NCBI GenBank assembly: GCA_027310185.1
Contig: DAIDBH010000013.1
Location: forward strand, 1 to 64,000
DNA from: Thermoplasmatales archaeon
GTDB taxonomy: Archaea; Thermoplasmatota; Thermoplasmata; Thermoplasmatales; Thermoplasmataceae
DNA length: 64,000 bases
Reading direction: 5' to 3'
Within the stretch, counting starts at the first letter, position 1. Each line of letters begins with the position of its first letter. Positions 1-9,449 of this stretch are shown in pieces. A model generated the notes under the pieces. That model saw only the letters and a program-made list of their open reading frames with translations. It searched no databases and was not told the origin of the DNA. The position numbers and the translations under genes were made by a program.

Positions 1-85
1 TCTTCGCAGAATCAAGTGATACTCTTTCAACCTTCCATGGTGTCTTCAGTTCAAGCAGTGCAGAATATAGCTGGCATTCGTCCAT
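1..85 (-). CDS. ISL3-family transposase, N-terminus only (partial)
   Basis: Manual translation from ATG at 85 gives MDECQLYSALLELKTPWKVERVSLDSAK, resembling ISL3 transposase N-termini (LY..LL.L..PW.V..V.LD). Not in the ORF track. Confidence 0.75.
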   Translation of the reverse strand, partial: MDECQLYSALLELKTPWKVERVSLDSAK

Positions 86-140
86 GAAATTATATAACTA
101 AGAATTAGATAAAATTACCCACATGAAAGTACGAAGAGCC
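1..140 (-). mobile_element. End of an ISL3-family insertion sequence (extends beyond the left window edge)
   Basis: The minus strand from 140 reads GGCTCTTCGTACTTTCATGTGGG, a typical ISL3 terminal IR. It is followed outside by AAAATTTT (141-148), a plausible 8-bp AT-rich target site. A transposase-like ORF starts at 85. Confidence 0.8.
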
Positions 141-154
141 AAAATTTTAAAATA

Positions 155-176
155 TTTTATATATCGTAAATCGATA
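155..176 (+). promoter_or_regulatory. Putative TATA box plus palindromic operator of the padR operon
   Basis: TTTTATATA (155-163) lies about 25-30 nt upstream of ATG 188, overlapped by the inverted repeat TATCG-taaat-CGATA (162-176). Confidence 0.45.
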
Positions 177-187
177 CTGAACTAGAT

Positions 188-601
188 ATGAAAGGTGGAA
201 TGCTGAATTACTGGATAATGAAGAATATTTCAGAAAATCCTCTAAAAGGGGCTGATATTATTAAGGAAATGTCCAGAAAGTCAAACGGGAGATGGAGGCC
301 CAGTCCTGGAAGTGTATACCCAGCACTATTTCATATGGAAGAGAAAGGCTTCGTGAGAAGGGACAACGATGGAAAATATAGCATCACTGACGAGGGAAGG
401 AATGAGCTGAAGAAATACGACGACATGGTAAAAAATCTCATAGGTAGTGATAGCGTGAATGATATTCTGGAAGAAACAACGGCAAATTTGACATACATAT
501 TGGAAACCTTTGATTATTCCCAGTTCGATCTTTCAAAGATCAATGATATGAAAGCCAGGATGATGGCTGTTCTTGATAAAATAAAGGAAAGTGAAAAGTG
601 A
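188..601 (+). CDS. PadR-family transcriptional regulator
   Basis: WRPSPGSVYPAL...YSITDEGR winged-HTH signature; directly upstream of ABC genes. Confidence 0.9.
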   Translation: MKGGMLNYWIMKNISENPLKGADIIKEMSRKSNGRWRPSPGSVYPALFHMEEKGFVRRDNDGKYSITDEGRNELKKYDDMVKNLIGSDSVNDILEETTANLTYILETFDYSQFDLSKINDMKARMMAVLDKIKESEK

Positions 602-1594
602 ATGAAAGCTATAATTGAAACTCATAACCTGAGCAAGATATATAATGGCAAAATCAAGGCTGTGGATGACTTGAACATAGAAATTGGTGACGGTGAGATA
701 TATGGTCTCCTCGGTCCAAATGGAGCGGGGAAAACAACCACTATAAATATGCTTACCACTAGAATTTCATGTACAAAGGGTACGGCTATTGTTGCTGGAT
801 ATGACATAAAGAAGGATTCTCTAATGGTTAGAAAAACCATAGGAGTCGTTCCTCAGGACCTTACCGCTGATGAGGATCTGACTGGGAGAGAGAACCTGAT
901 AATGGTTTCTCAGTTTTATGATGTTCCAAAAGCGCAATATGAAGAGAGAATTGCAAAACTGCTTGAACTGGTTGACATGACAGAACCAGCGGATCGATAT
1001 GTCAGGACATATTCAGGAGGAATGAGAAAAAGACTTGAACTCATAATTGGTCTTGTTCATAACCCTAAGATACTCTTTCTTGATGAACCGACCCTGGGTC
1101 TTGATATCCAGACAAGGACGCAGATGTGGGATTATGTCAGGCAAATCCAGAAGGAGATGGATGTGACCATAATTCTTACATCCCATTATCTGGAAGAGAT
1201 TGATGCACTTGCAGACAGGGTTTCCATAATTGATCACGGTAAGGTTCTGGTTACGGGGTCCCCGGCAGAACTCAAGTCATCACTGAATGGTGATATCGTA
1301 ACAATAACTTTCAAGGAGAAGGAAGAAGCGGAGAAGATGAAAACAATGACAGGTGCTATCGATATTTCAGATTCAGGAATTAATACTGTGAGGATCAAGG
1401 TTGCAAGTTCAGATGATTCACTTCCAGATATAATCAATTTCATATCTTCCAATAAGTTATCAACTATGAAATTGACTGTTCAGAAGCCTACACTTGATGA
1501 AGTATTCCTGGAATATACCGGAAAAGATATCAGGAAGGAGGATCCGGAAGATGCGAGGAAGATGATGATGAATATGAGGAGGTTGAGGAAATGA
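602..1594 (+). CDS. ABC exporter ATP-binding subunit (DrrA-like)
   Basis: Walker A GPNGAGKT, signature YSGGMRKR, Walker B LFLDEPT, C-terminal PTLDEVFL. Confidence 0.93.
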   Translation: MKAIIETHNLSKIYNGKIKAVDDLNIEIGDGEIYGLLGPNGAGKTTTINMLTTRISCTKGTAIVAGYDIKKDSLMVRKTIGVVPQDLTADEDLTGRENLIMVSQFYDVPKAQYEERIAKLLELVDMTEPADRYVRTYSGGMRKRLELIIGLVHNPKILFLDEPTLGLDIQTRTQMWDYVRQIQKEMDVTIILTSHYLEEIDALADRVSIIDHGKVLVTGSPAELKSSLNGDIVTITFKEKEEAEKMKTMTGAIDISDSGINTVRIKVASSDDSLPDIINFISSNKLSTMKLTVQKPTLDEVFLEYTGKDIRKEDPEDARKMMMNMRRLRK

Positions 1595-2394
1595 GTGGAC
1601 TAGGCCCATTAACGGTGAGAGAACTGAAGAAGTGGTACAGGAATCCAGTATTCTTTATTACGGGTCTTTTGCAGCCATTCTTCTGGATTGCACTCTTTGG
1701 TAGTGCCTTTGATATAACAAAATTCTTCCCGCAGGCAAGCGGCCTCATACTGGATGGTGCTCCCAATTATATCACGTATATAGTTGGAGGTGTACTGACT
1801 ATTTCCTCCCTTTTTACTGCAATGTTCGCTGGGACAAACATCATATTTGACAGAAGACTTGGACCCATGGGAAGATTCCTCTCTTCACCCATCAGGAGAA
1901 GCTCCATAGTTTTCTCAAAGATTCTGTCCTCGACCATAAGGGTAATGCCTCAGGCTCTGATCCTGATTCTGGCAGCCCTGGTCATACCTAATGGCTTGAA
2001 ATTTGTGCATGGTTTTACATTTCTAGATGCGCTTGTCATTGTTGCAGCAATCATCCTTGTATCTTTCATCTTTTCATCAATATTCAGTGTGATAGCCATT
2101 CGTATGACCAACATGAATTCCATATTTGGAATAGTGAACCTAGTCAACCTGCCTCTCCTGTTTGTGAGCTATGCCATGTTTTCATCAGCAATGATGGCTT
2201 CATGGCTCTCAAATGTAGCAGCCTATAACCCTGTCTCATGGTCAGCTGAAGCAATGAGAATGGTTATCATAAATGGTAATCTTACAGGTTCACAATGGAC
2301 TCAGGTTGGACAGTGGCTGGGTGCACTGGCAATCCTTGCCCTTGGATTGTTGCTTCTAACAGCTTACCTTGCAGAAAAGGAGATCAGAGATTGA
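1591..2394 (+). CDS. ABC-2 type exporter permease (DrrB-like)
   Basis: About 6 TM segments, NPVSW motif, ATGA overlap with the ATPase gene. Confidence 0.9.
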   Translation: MSGLGPLTVRELKKWYRNPVFFITGLLQPFFWIALFGSAFDITKFFPQASGLILDGAPNYITYIVGGVLTISSLFTAMFAGTNIIFDRRLGPMGRFLSSPIRRSSIVFSKILSSTIRVMPQALILILAALVIPNGLKFVHGFTFLDALVIVAAIILVSFIFSSIFSVIAIRMTNMNSIFGIVNLVNLPLLFVSYAMFSSAMMASWLSNVAAYNPVSWSAEAMRMVIINGNLTGSQWTQVGQWLGALAILALGLLLLTAYLAEKEIRD

Positions 2395-2449
2395 AAATAG
2401 AATCCTTTTACCAATTTTTTAATAAAAATAATTTAAATCCTTTCCTGTA

Positions 2450-4012
2450 ATGTCTCCTCAATACATGAATATTTACGAAGATATACTGGGGAAGATAGAT
2501 AGTGGTGAAATTAAAACCAAAGATGATTTACAGCATCAAAAGGTTAAGCTCTCTAAAAAATATGGCCTTGACCATGTTCCATCCAATTCAGAAATCCTCA
2601 ATTCAGGATATGCAAAGGAAAATTCATTTAATCTTTTGAGATTGAAACCGACAAGAACTATTTCCGGAGTAGCAGTTGTGGCAGCCATGACTTCCCCGGA
2701 GATCTGTCCTCATGGAAGATGCATTTTCTGTCCCGGAGGAATGGAAAATAATTCTCCCCAGGCATATACGGGTTACGAACCATCTGCTCTGAGGGGCAGA
2801 ATGAATAACTATGATCCCTTCAGCATCACATTTGGCAGACTGAAGCAGCTTGAAACTATAGGGCATGATACGAGCAAGGTGGATCTCATTGTAATGGGTG
2901 GGACATTCACAGCCAGATCAAGAGAGTATCAGGAGTCTTTTGTAAAGGGGTGTTTCGATGGAATGAATGGGTTCCAGTCTGAAACACTTGAAGAAAGCAT
3001 TAAGTTCAATGAAAACGCCAAGAGACGATGCATAGGATTAACAGTGGAGACAAAACCAGACTGGTTCCTGGAAAAAGATATAAAGCTTGCACTTTCCTAT
3101 GGCACAACAAAAGTTGAATTGGGTGTACAGATAATTAATGAAGAAGTGCTGAAGATTAATCACAGGGGTCATGGTGTGAAAGAGATAGTTGAGTCTACTA
3201 AGCTCTCTCGTGATGCTGGTCTGAAAATAGTCTATCACCTGATGCCTGGCATGTATGGAGCAAGTTATGAAGATGATATGACCAGCTTTAGAAAGATAAT
3301 CAGTGATAATGACTTTAAGCCAGATATGTTCAAGATTTATCCCACTCTGGTTGTAAAGGGAACAAAACTTTACAACATGTGGAAAAATGGAGAATATAAG
3401 CCAATGGAAACTGAGGAGGCTGCAGAACTCATATTCAATTTTATGAAGGAAATGCCACCATGGATAAGAGTTCAAAGAATGCAGAGAGACATACCTGTAA
3501 AGTTCATTGACGCAGGAGTCATGAGAAGCGATCTCAGGAATATAGTTGACAGAAAATTGAAGGAAAACGGTATCAGAAGCATGGAGATAAGAGGGAGGGA
3601 AGTAGGATTCATATCGGAAAAAGATCCTGAACTGTCAATGAAAAGGACAGAATATGATGCTGGTAATTCAAAGGAAATATTCCTGTCTGTTGAGGACGAA
3701 AACAATAATATCGCAGGATACCTGAGATTGAGGCACATAAATTATGACTCATTTCTTGAAGAGACCAGAAATACGGGCATGATAAGAGAACTAAGAGTTG
3801 TAGGAAACATTGTTCCAATTGGTACACATGAGAATTCCAATTACCAGCATAAGGGTATAGGCAAGTCTTTGGTCGCTGAAGCTGAAAGGATTACAAAGGA
3901 AGAATTCAAGGAACAAAAAATTCTTGTTATAAGCGGAGTGGGGGTGAGAGAATATTTCAGGAAACTGGGATATGAGAGAGTCTCCTATTATATGGGAAAG
4001 AATTTAGGATAA
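2450..4012 (+). CDS. elp3: Elp3 tRNA uridine(34) acetyltransferase (radical SAM plus KAT domains)
   Basis: KPTRTISGVAVVA, CPHGRCIFCPGG, QHKGIGKSL, ISGVGVREYFRKLGY. Confidence 0.95.
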   Translation: MSPQYMNIYEDILGKIDSGEIKTKDDLQHQKVKLSKKYGLDHVPSNSEILNSGYAKENSFNLLRLKPTRTISGVAVVAAMTSPEICPHGRCIFCPGGMENNSPQAYTGYEPSALRGRMNNYDPFSITFGRLKQLETIGHDTSKVDLIVMGGTFTARSREYQESFVKGCFDGMNGFQSETLEESIKFNENAKRRCIGLTVETKPDWFLEKDIKLALSYGTTKVELGVQIINEEVLKINHRGHGVKEIVESTKLSRDAGLKIVYHLMPGMYGASYEDDMTSFRKIISDNDFKPDMFKIYPTLVVKGTKLYNMWKNGEYKPMETEEAAELIFNFMKEMPPWIRVQRMQRDIPVKFIDAGVMRSDLRNIVDRKLKENGIRSMEIRGREVGFISEKDPELSMKRTEYDAGNSKEIFLSVEDENNNIAGYLRLRHINYDSFLEETRNTGMIRELRVVGNIVPIGTHENSNYQHKGIGKSLVAEAERITKEEFKEQKILVISGVGVREYFRKLGYERVSYYMGKNLG

Positions 4013-4082
4013 ATGCCCTTAATATGTTGGAATATCTGGTAAAACTCATTTGATGGATGGAATATTTTTTTAAATAGTTACG

Positions 4083-4625
4083 TTAATGGTTATGTGGGTT
4101 AAAACTACAAAAGCCTCCATAATTGCAGATTAGTAGGTGGACGGAGCCACTCGACGGCATTTCTATTTCTATCTCCCATGTCCCTCTGGGAACTGGCGTG
4201 TATCCTGTGTGTTTTCCATACACGATGAAACTCCCTCTTGTTTGGTTGGGATTGCCGTTGTCCAGACAGATTACGAAGTAATTATGTGCTTCTGAGGAAT
4301 TGGAATAATTCAATGACTTGATAATTGCAAGTCCAGAACAGCTTGAGTTATATGAAAACCAGTAATTCGTGAAATTAACTGACGTCCCAATGGTATATTC
4401 TGTTATATTCTGATAATACCAATTTTTATTTTTATATGTACCTGGATTAGGTATGAAAAATGTCTTATTTGCTATTATCCTGAAGTCAGGAGGGTACTGT
4501 GCATGGGACACTGTCCTACTTTTATTATTTTGAGTGTTCTCAATATATGGTGAAAAAAAGGCAACTGAAGCAAAGAAAAATATTAATACAGTAATTACCA
4601 CCATAATCTTAATATGAAGTCGCAT
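4083..4625 (-). CDS. Hypothetical secreted or membrane-anchored protein
   Basis: N-terminal hydrophobic helix followed by an Asn/Tyr-rich beta domain with several N-x-S/T sequons. Confidence 0.7.
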   Translation of the reverse strand: MRLHIKIMVVITVLIFFFASVAFFSPYIENTQNNKSRTVSHAQYPPDFRIIANKTFFIPNPGTYKNKNWYYQNITEYTIGTSVNFTNYWFSYNSSCSGLAIIKSLNYSNSSEAHNYFVICLDNGNPNQTRGSFIVYGKHTGYTPVPRGTWEIEIEMPSSGSVHLLICNYGGFCSFNPHNH

Positions 4626-4946
4626 GCCCCACCCTAATATTTTCTTTGGATGAAAAACCGAAGTGGTTTTCTAAATGCGGAAAGATCCCCTGTCTTTCTA
4701 TGTTAATACAACGTGAATGCTGATCTATGTAATTTTCGCATTCAAACACAATTTCAAGTTTTATAGAATCCATTGATGTATGACTATAATTTAAATGCTT
4801 TAAAAAAGTTTCTACATTGAGATTAAGTGACTATTGCCCTCAATAGTTTTTTCTATTCAAATTGAACGATTTGTAATTTTTTTTATTATTCCATTATTTA
4901 ATTCTTTCTGAAAAACTTATTATAAGTTCTTTCATTGAAGACTGAA

Positions 4947-5045
4947 ATGTATATAGAGATAGAGTGGTTGATTGTACCTATTGTGATAGTTGCATCTGGC
5001 TGTGCATATTTACTCTATAGCATAATTAGAGCTGAGAAAATATGA
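4947..5045 (+). CDS. kdpF: K+-transporting ATPase subunit F (32 aa, not in the ORF track)
   Basis: MYIEIEWLIVPIVIVASGCAYLLYSIIRAEKI*: single TM helix with a KdpF-type YLxY.xxRxEK C-terminus; its TGA overlaps the kdpA ATG (ATGA). Confidence 0.85.
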   Translation: MYIEIEWLIVPIVIVASGCAYLLYSIIRAEKI

Positions 5046-6811
5046 GTTCTGGGATTACTGCGACCGGGAATTTCTGGTCAGCATTTTTTGTTAATAACAG
5101 GGTTGTTTCAGGCGTCATAATTATTGCCCTATATCTCATAATTATAAGCTTCTTCGGATATATGATTGCACCCTATATCAAGAAGTTGTATACCGGTGAA
5201 AATACAAGATTGAGAAAATATACGGATCCGATTATAAGCTTCATTGAAAAAGTTGCAGGTGTAGATAGAAATACAACTTATTCCTTCAAGGGTTATTTTG
5301 TATCACTTATAATTTTTAATTTTGTTGCCGGAATTATTTCCTTTCTCTTTCTAATTTTTCAGGGATATTTTTTCAGGGTTCCAGGACAGGATGTCATGTC
5401 TCCGAGCCTGGCTTTCAACACCGTTATAAGCTTTCTCACAAATACAAATTTACAGCATTATTCCTCTCCAACTACACTCACATACATAGATCTTACAGTT
5501 GTTATTATAGGACTGATGTTTCTTTCAGCTGGTACTGGATTTGCAGCTTCAATGGCATTTGTTAGGGGAATAATGAATGATGATAAGAAACTTGGAAATT
5601 TCTTTCACGACTTTTTGGTAGCCATATTTGACTTGATACTCCCACTTTCCCTCCTTGCTACCATATTATTAGTAATCGTTGGAGTTCCGGATACTACCTA
5701 TTCCAGTATTATAATTCACCCTTTCTTCGGAAAGATGACAGTAGATATACCAATTGGGCCTGTTGCTTCTCTGGAGGGTATTAAAAACATTGGAACAAAC
5801 GGCGGCGGTTTTTATGGAGCCAATGCAGGATATCCCTTTGAAAATCCTGACTGGATCTCCAATCTTATTGAAGTTGTTTCGTTTACAATTATTCCAATAG
5901 GCTCAATATTTGCATTGGGGCAGGCGCTGAATAATAAGAAATTTGGAAGGGTAATTTACGGTGTTATAGTTGCATTATTCATATTCAGCGCCCTTCTAAC
6001 ATTCTTTGGTGAAATATCTGGAATTCCAGCAATGGCCAATCTTGGATTCAATTACGGTGGTAACTTTATTGGAAAGGAAACTGCGATAGGTATATCTCAA
6101 AGCTCCATATTTTCCTCTGGAGCTACCATTACTTCTACTGGTGCGGCAAATTCTGCGCTGATTGATTATACACCCGCCGGTATCCTTGGTGTATTATTCC
6201 CCCTTCTTCTTAATGATCCTCTCGGTGGAGTTGGAACCGGTATCCTGAATATTTTTTCCTACGTAATTTTCACTGTGTTCATAGTTTCACTGATGGTAGG
6301 TAAACTGCCTGAAATAATGAGTCTTAAAGTCAGTGCAAAGGAGATGAAGTACTCTACTTACAGCCTTATAACCCATCCACTCATTGTTATTGTCCCAATG
6401 GGAATAGTACTTCTCCTATCACCAATTTTGATGACTTCGTTTGTAAATACGAGACCAGATCAGATAACTCAACTTTTATATGAATTTGCCTCTGCTGCTT
6501 CAAACAATGGATCTGAGATGGGTGGATTTGCCACTAACACTGCATTTTTCAATATAATTGACGGCATAATCATGCTAATGGGTAGATTTCCAATAATGGC
6601 TTTTCAACTTGTCATAGCTCAGTCCTTTGCCTCGAAAAAACCGAAAGTCCTCTATGGAAGAACTTTCGATATTGGTTCCTTTTGGTTTGGCATGATGCTG
6701 TTCTTTACAATGTTGCTCTTGGGTTTGCTTTCTTTCTTCCCAATCCTTGCAGTTGGCCCGTTATTAAGCTGGGGAAGGACATTTTCCCTGATTATTAGAG
6801 GTGTCTTATGA
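5042..6811 (+). CDS. kdpA: K+-transporting ATPase subunit A
   Basis: Selectivity-filter motifs TNTNLQHY, GTNGGGFYGAN, TSTGA and ASNNGS; GRF near the C-terminus. Confidence 0.96.
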   Translation: MSSGITATGNFWSAFFVNNRVVSGVIIIALYLIIISFFGYMIAPYIKKLYTGENTRLRKYTDPIISFIEKVAGVDRNTTYSFKGYFVSLIIFNFVAGIISFLFLIFQGYFFRVPGQDVMSPSLAFNTVISFLTNTNLQHYSSPTTLTYIDLTVVIIGLMFLSAGTGFAASMAFVRGIMNDDKKLGNFFHDFLVAIFDLILPLSLLATILLVIVGVPDTTYSSIIIHPFFGKMTVDIPIGPVASLEGIKNIGTNGGGFYGANAGYPFENPDWISNLIEVVSFTIIPIGSIFALGQALNNKKFGRVIYGVIVALFIFSALLTFFGEISGIPAMANLGFNYGGNFIGKETAIGISQSSIFSSGATITSTGAANSALIDYTPAGILGVLFPLLLNDPLGGVGTGILNIFSYVIFTVFIVSLMVGKLPEIMSLKVSAKEMKYSTYSLITHPLIVIVPMGIVLLLSPILMTSFVNTRPDQITQLLYEFASAASNNGSEMGGFATNTAFFNIIDGIIMLMGRFPIMAFQLVIAQSFASKKPKVLYGRTFDIGSFWFGMMLFFTMLLLGLLSFFPILAVGPLLSWGRTFSLIIRGVL

Positions 6812-8799
6812 ACAGTTATGCTGAAGCGGTTTTGAATGCTCTTAAGGAATTTGATCCAAGGAAACTGTACAGGAATCCTGTGATGTTCATAACAGAAATA
6901 GCACTCATGTTTTCATTATATCTCATAGTCTTTCATCAGGAATATCATCTGGAAATGAGTGGACTCTACGTACCATTCTATATTTCAGTTGTAGTGCTTC
7001 TGTTCCTTACTATTTTCTTTTCAACACTAGGAGAAGCACTTGCCGAGGGAAAGAGCAGAAATATAACTGCAACTCTCAAAAAAATGAAGAAGGAAACGAC
7101 TGGAAGAATAGTTGATGGTTCATCTGAAAAAGTTGTAGATTCCTCTGAACTGAGGAAGGGCATGATTGTAGAAGTCAGGAAAAATGAAATGGTTCCTACT
7201 GATGGAGAGGTAGCTGAAGGTAGAGGATATTTCAATGAATCTGCAATTACTGGCGAATCGAAAGCAGTGTTCAAAGTAAATGGAGACAGTGTAACGGGTT
7301 CAACAACATTTCTTGATGATAGTATTAAGATAAGAATTACAGCTAATCCGGGAGAAACATTCCTGGACAAGATGATAGAGATGGTTGAGGGATCTGTCCG
7401 GAAAAAGACTCCAAATGAAATAGCACTTTCAATTCTTCTGGCTGGCCTCACCCTTGTATTCATCGTTGTCACATCATCAATATTTCCTCTTGGAGGTTTC
7501 CTGTCAGATCATGTGAACCTGATCATTCTGGTAGTTCTCCTGATAACACTGATTCCAACAACTATCGGTGCACTCCTTCCCGCCCTGGGGGTGGCCGCTA
7601 TAAATAAGGTTTCGCAATTCAATGTAATAGCCAAAAGTGGAAGAGCTGTGGAAAATGCTGGTGATATTGATACTATAATTCTCGACAAAACTGGCACTAT
7701 TACAATGGGAGAACGTGATGCCTCCAAGATATATCCTAATAAGGGAATATCTGAAGAAGAAATGGCAAAGATCTGCTACCAGAGCTCATATTTAGATGAA
7801 ACAAGGGAAGGTATTTCACTTGTAAAATATGTTTCAGAACGTTATCGGGGCCTTGAAAATTACAAAATCAATAATGCGGAGTTCATTCCGTTCTCCTCTG
7901 AGACAAAATTCAGTGGAATAGCATACGAAGGCCATAAATTATTCAAGGGATCGCCTCACGCTATCTGGGATATTCTTGGTCAAAAGGACAATTTCATAGA
8001 TGCAATATGCGCTGAAATTTCCAGCAGAGGAGGAACAGCAATGGTACTGGTATTGGACAGCCAGGTGATTGGCGCAATAGAATTCAACGATATAATAAAA
8101 CCTTGGATAAACGAGAGAATCAAGACCATGAAAACCATGAATATCAAAACTGTCATGTGTACGGGAGATAACGAGCTTACAGCTGAATATATATCGCGAG
8201 AGGCAGGACTTGATGAATTCGTTGCAAACAGCAAGCCTCAGGATAAGTACAAAAAGGTTGAGGCAGAAAAGAATCAGCAGAGAATGGTGGCAATGGTCGG
8301 AGATGGTACAAATGACGCTCCGGCACTGGCTCTAGCAGATGTGGGTCTCGCCATGAATAATGGGACACAGGCTGCAAAAGACGCTGCAAACATGATCGAT
8401 CTTGATAATGATCCAACAAAATTGATGGATGTGATCTTCCTTGGAAAGCAGATTCTCATAACAAGAGGTTCACTGACAACATTCAGTATTGCAAATGACA
8501 TATCAAAATATTTTGTCATAATTCCGGCAATTTTTTACGCATTCCCGGCACTATCGTTCATCAATATACTTGGTTTTACCGATCCTCTGCTTGCCATAAC
8601 ATCAGCACTAATATTCAATACAATAATAATCCCACTTCTAATTCCACTTGCCATAAGAGGTGTTAGGTTCAAGCCATCAACTGTTGATGAGCTTCTGAAG
8701 AGGAATATTACCATTTACGGATTTGGGGGAGTTGTCCTGCCATTTATAGCCATTGGCCTGATCTATCATTTGCTTCTTGGGGTGGGTATTTTATGGTAA
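6808..8799 (+). CDS. kdpB: K+-transporting P-type ATPase subunit B
   Basis: NPVMF, TGES, LIPTTIG, DKTGTIT, GDGTNDAPALA, TTFSIANDISKYF. Confidence 0.97.
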   Translation: MNSYAEAVLNALKEFDPRKLYRNPVMFITEIALMFSLYLIVFHQEYHLEMSGLYVPFYISVVVLLFLTIFFSTLGEALAEGKSRNITATLKKMKKETTGRIVDGSSEKVVDSSELRKGMIVEVRKNEMVPTDGEVAEGRGYFNESAITGESKAVFKVNGDSVTGSTTFLDDSIKIRITANPGETFLDKMIEMVEGSVRKKTPNEIALSILLAGLTLVFIVVTSSIFPLGGFLSDHVNLIILVVLLITLIPTTIGALLPALGVAAINKVSQFNVIAKSGRAVENAGDIDTIILDKTGTITMGERDASKIYPNKGISEEEMAKICYQSSYLDETREGISLVKYVSERYRGLENYKINNAEFIPFSSETKFSGIAYEGHKLFKGSPHAIWDILGQKDNFIDAICAEISSRGGTAMVLVLDSQVIGAIEFNDIIKPWINERIKTMKTMNIKTVMCTGDNELTAEYISREAGLDEFVANSKPQDKYKKVEAEKNQQRMVAMVGDGTNDAPALALADVGLAMNNGTQAAKDAANMIDLDNDPTKLMDVIFLGKQILITRGSLTTFSIANDISKYFVIIPAIFYAFPALSFINILGFTDPLLAITSALIFNTIIIPLLIPLAIRGVRFKPSTVDELLKRNITIYGFGGVVLPFIAIGLIYHLLLGVGILW

Positions 8800-9449
8800 A
8801 CTGGAAGGAAATAATTAGGGTTTTCAGAGGGTCTATAATTATCACGGTGATTGTATTTGTGCTTCTGGGGCTGGTAATTCCAACAGTCACTGCAGTCATA
8901 ACGGAAAAGGTTGATCCCGGATCTGGGAATGGAAATCAGATAAAAATTAATGGTAAGGTGTATGGAAGTTATTATCTGGCACAGGCTTTCAACAAATCAT
9001 ACTTTTTCCAGCCAAGACCTTCTGCCATAGACTATAACCAATCTTCATCTGGTGCCCTTTGCTGTTCACCAAACACCAATGCATCGCTGTTGCAGCTGGA
9101 GACGAATTTAAAAGAATTCGAACAGATGAACAAGAATGTTTCAATTTCTCAAATTCCAGGAGAAGTTATAATGGATTCTGATTCAGGATTAGATCCTAAT
9201 ATCCCTCTCTCTGCTGCACTGCTGGAAGAACCAAGAGTTGCCAATTCGATCGTGTCTTTTGCGAAATCTGTAAATGTTACATTGAAACTGCGGAATGTAG
9301 GCAGTTTCCTGAACAGCACAATAAACTCAACTGAAAGACAGAATTTTCCAATATTCGGTTCATATTATGTCAACATCATGTACCTTGATGTGCAGATTAT
9401 AATATTCCTAATGAACAGTAACGTGTTAACAAACTCATCTCTTAATTAA
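8793..9449 (+). CDS. kdpC: K+-transporting ATPase subunit C
   Basis: N-terminal TM, Q.F...YFQPRPSA and SGLDPNI motifs; follows kdpB. Confidence 0.92.
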   Translation: MVNWKEIIRVFRGSIIITVIVFVLLGLVIPTVTAVITEKVDPGSGNGNQIKINGKVYGSYYLAQAFNKSYFFQPRPSAIDYNQSSSGALCCSPNTNASLLQLETNLKEFEQMNKNVSISQIPGEVIMDSDSGLDPNIPLSAALLEEPRVANSIVSFAKSVNVTLKLRNVGSFLNSTINSTERQNFPIFGSYYVNIMYLDVQIIIFLMNSNVLTNSSLN

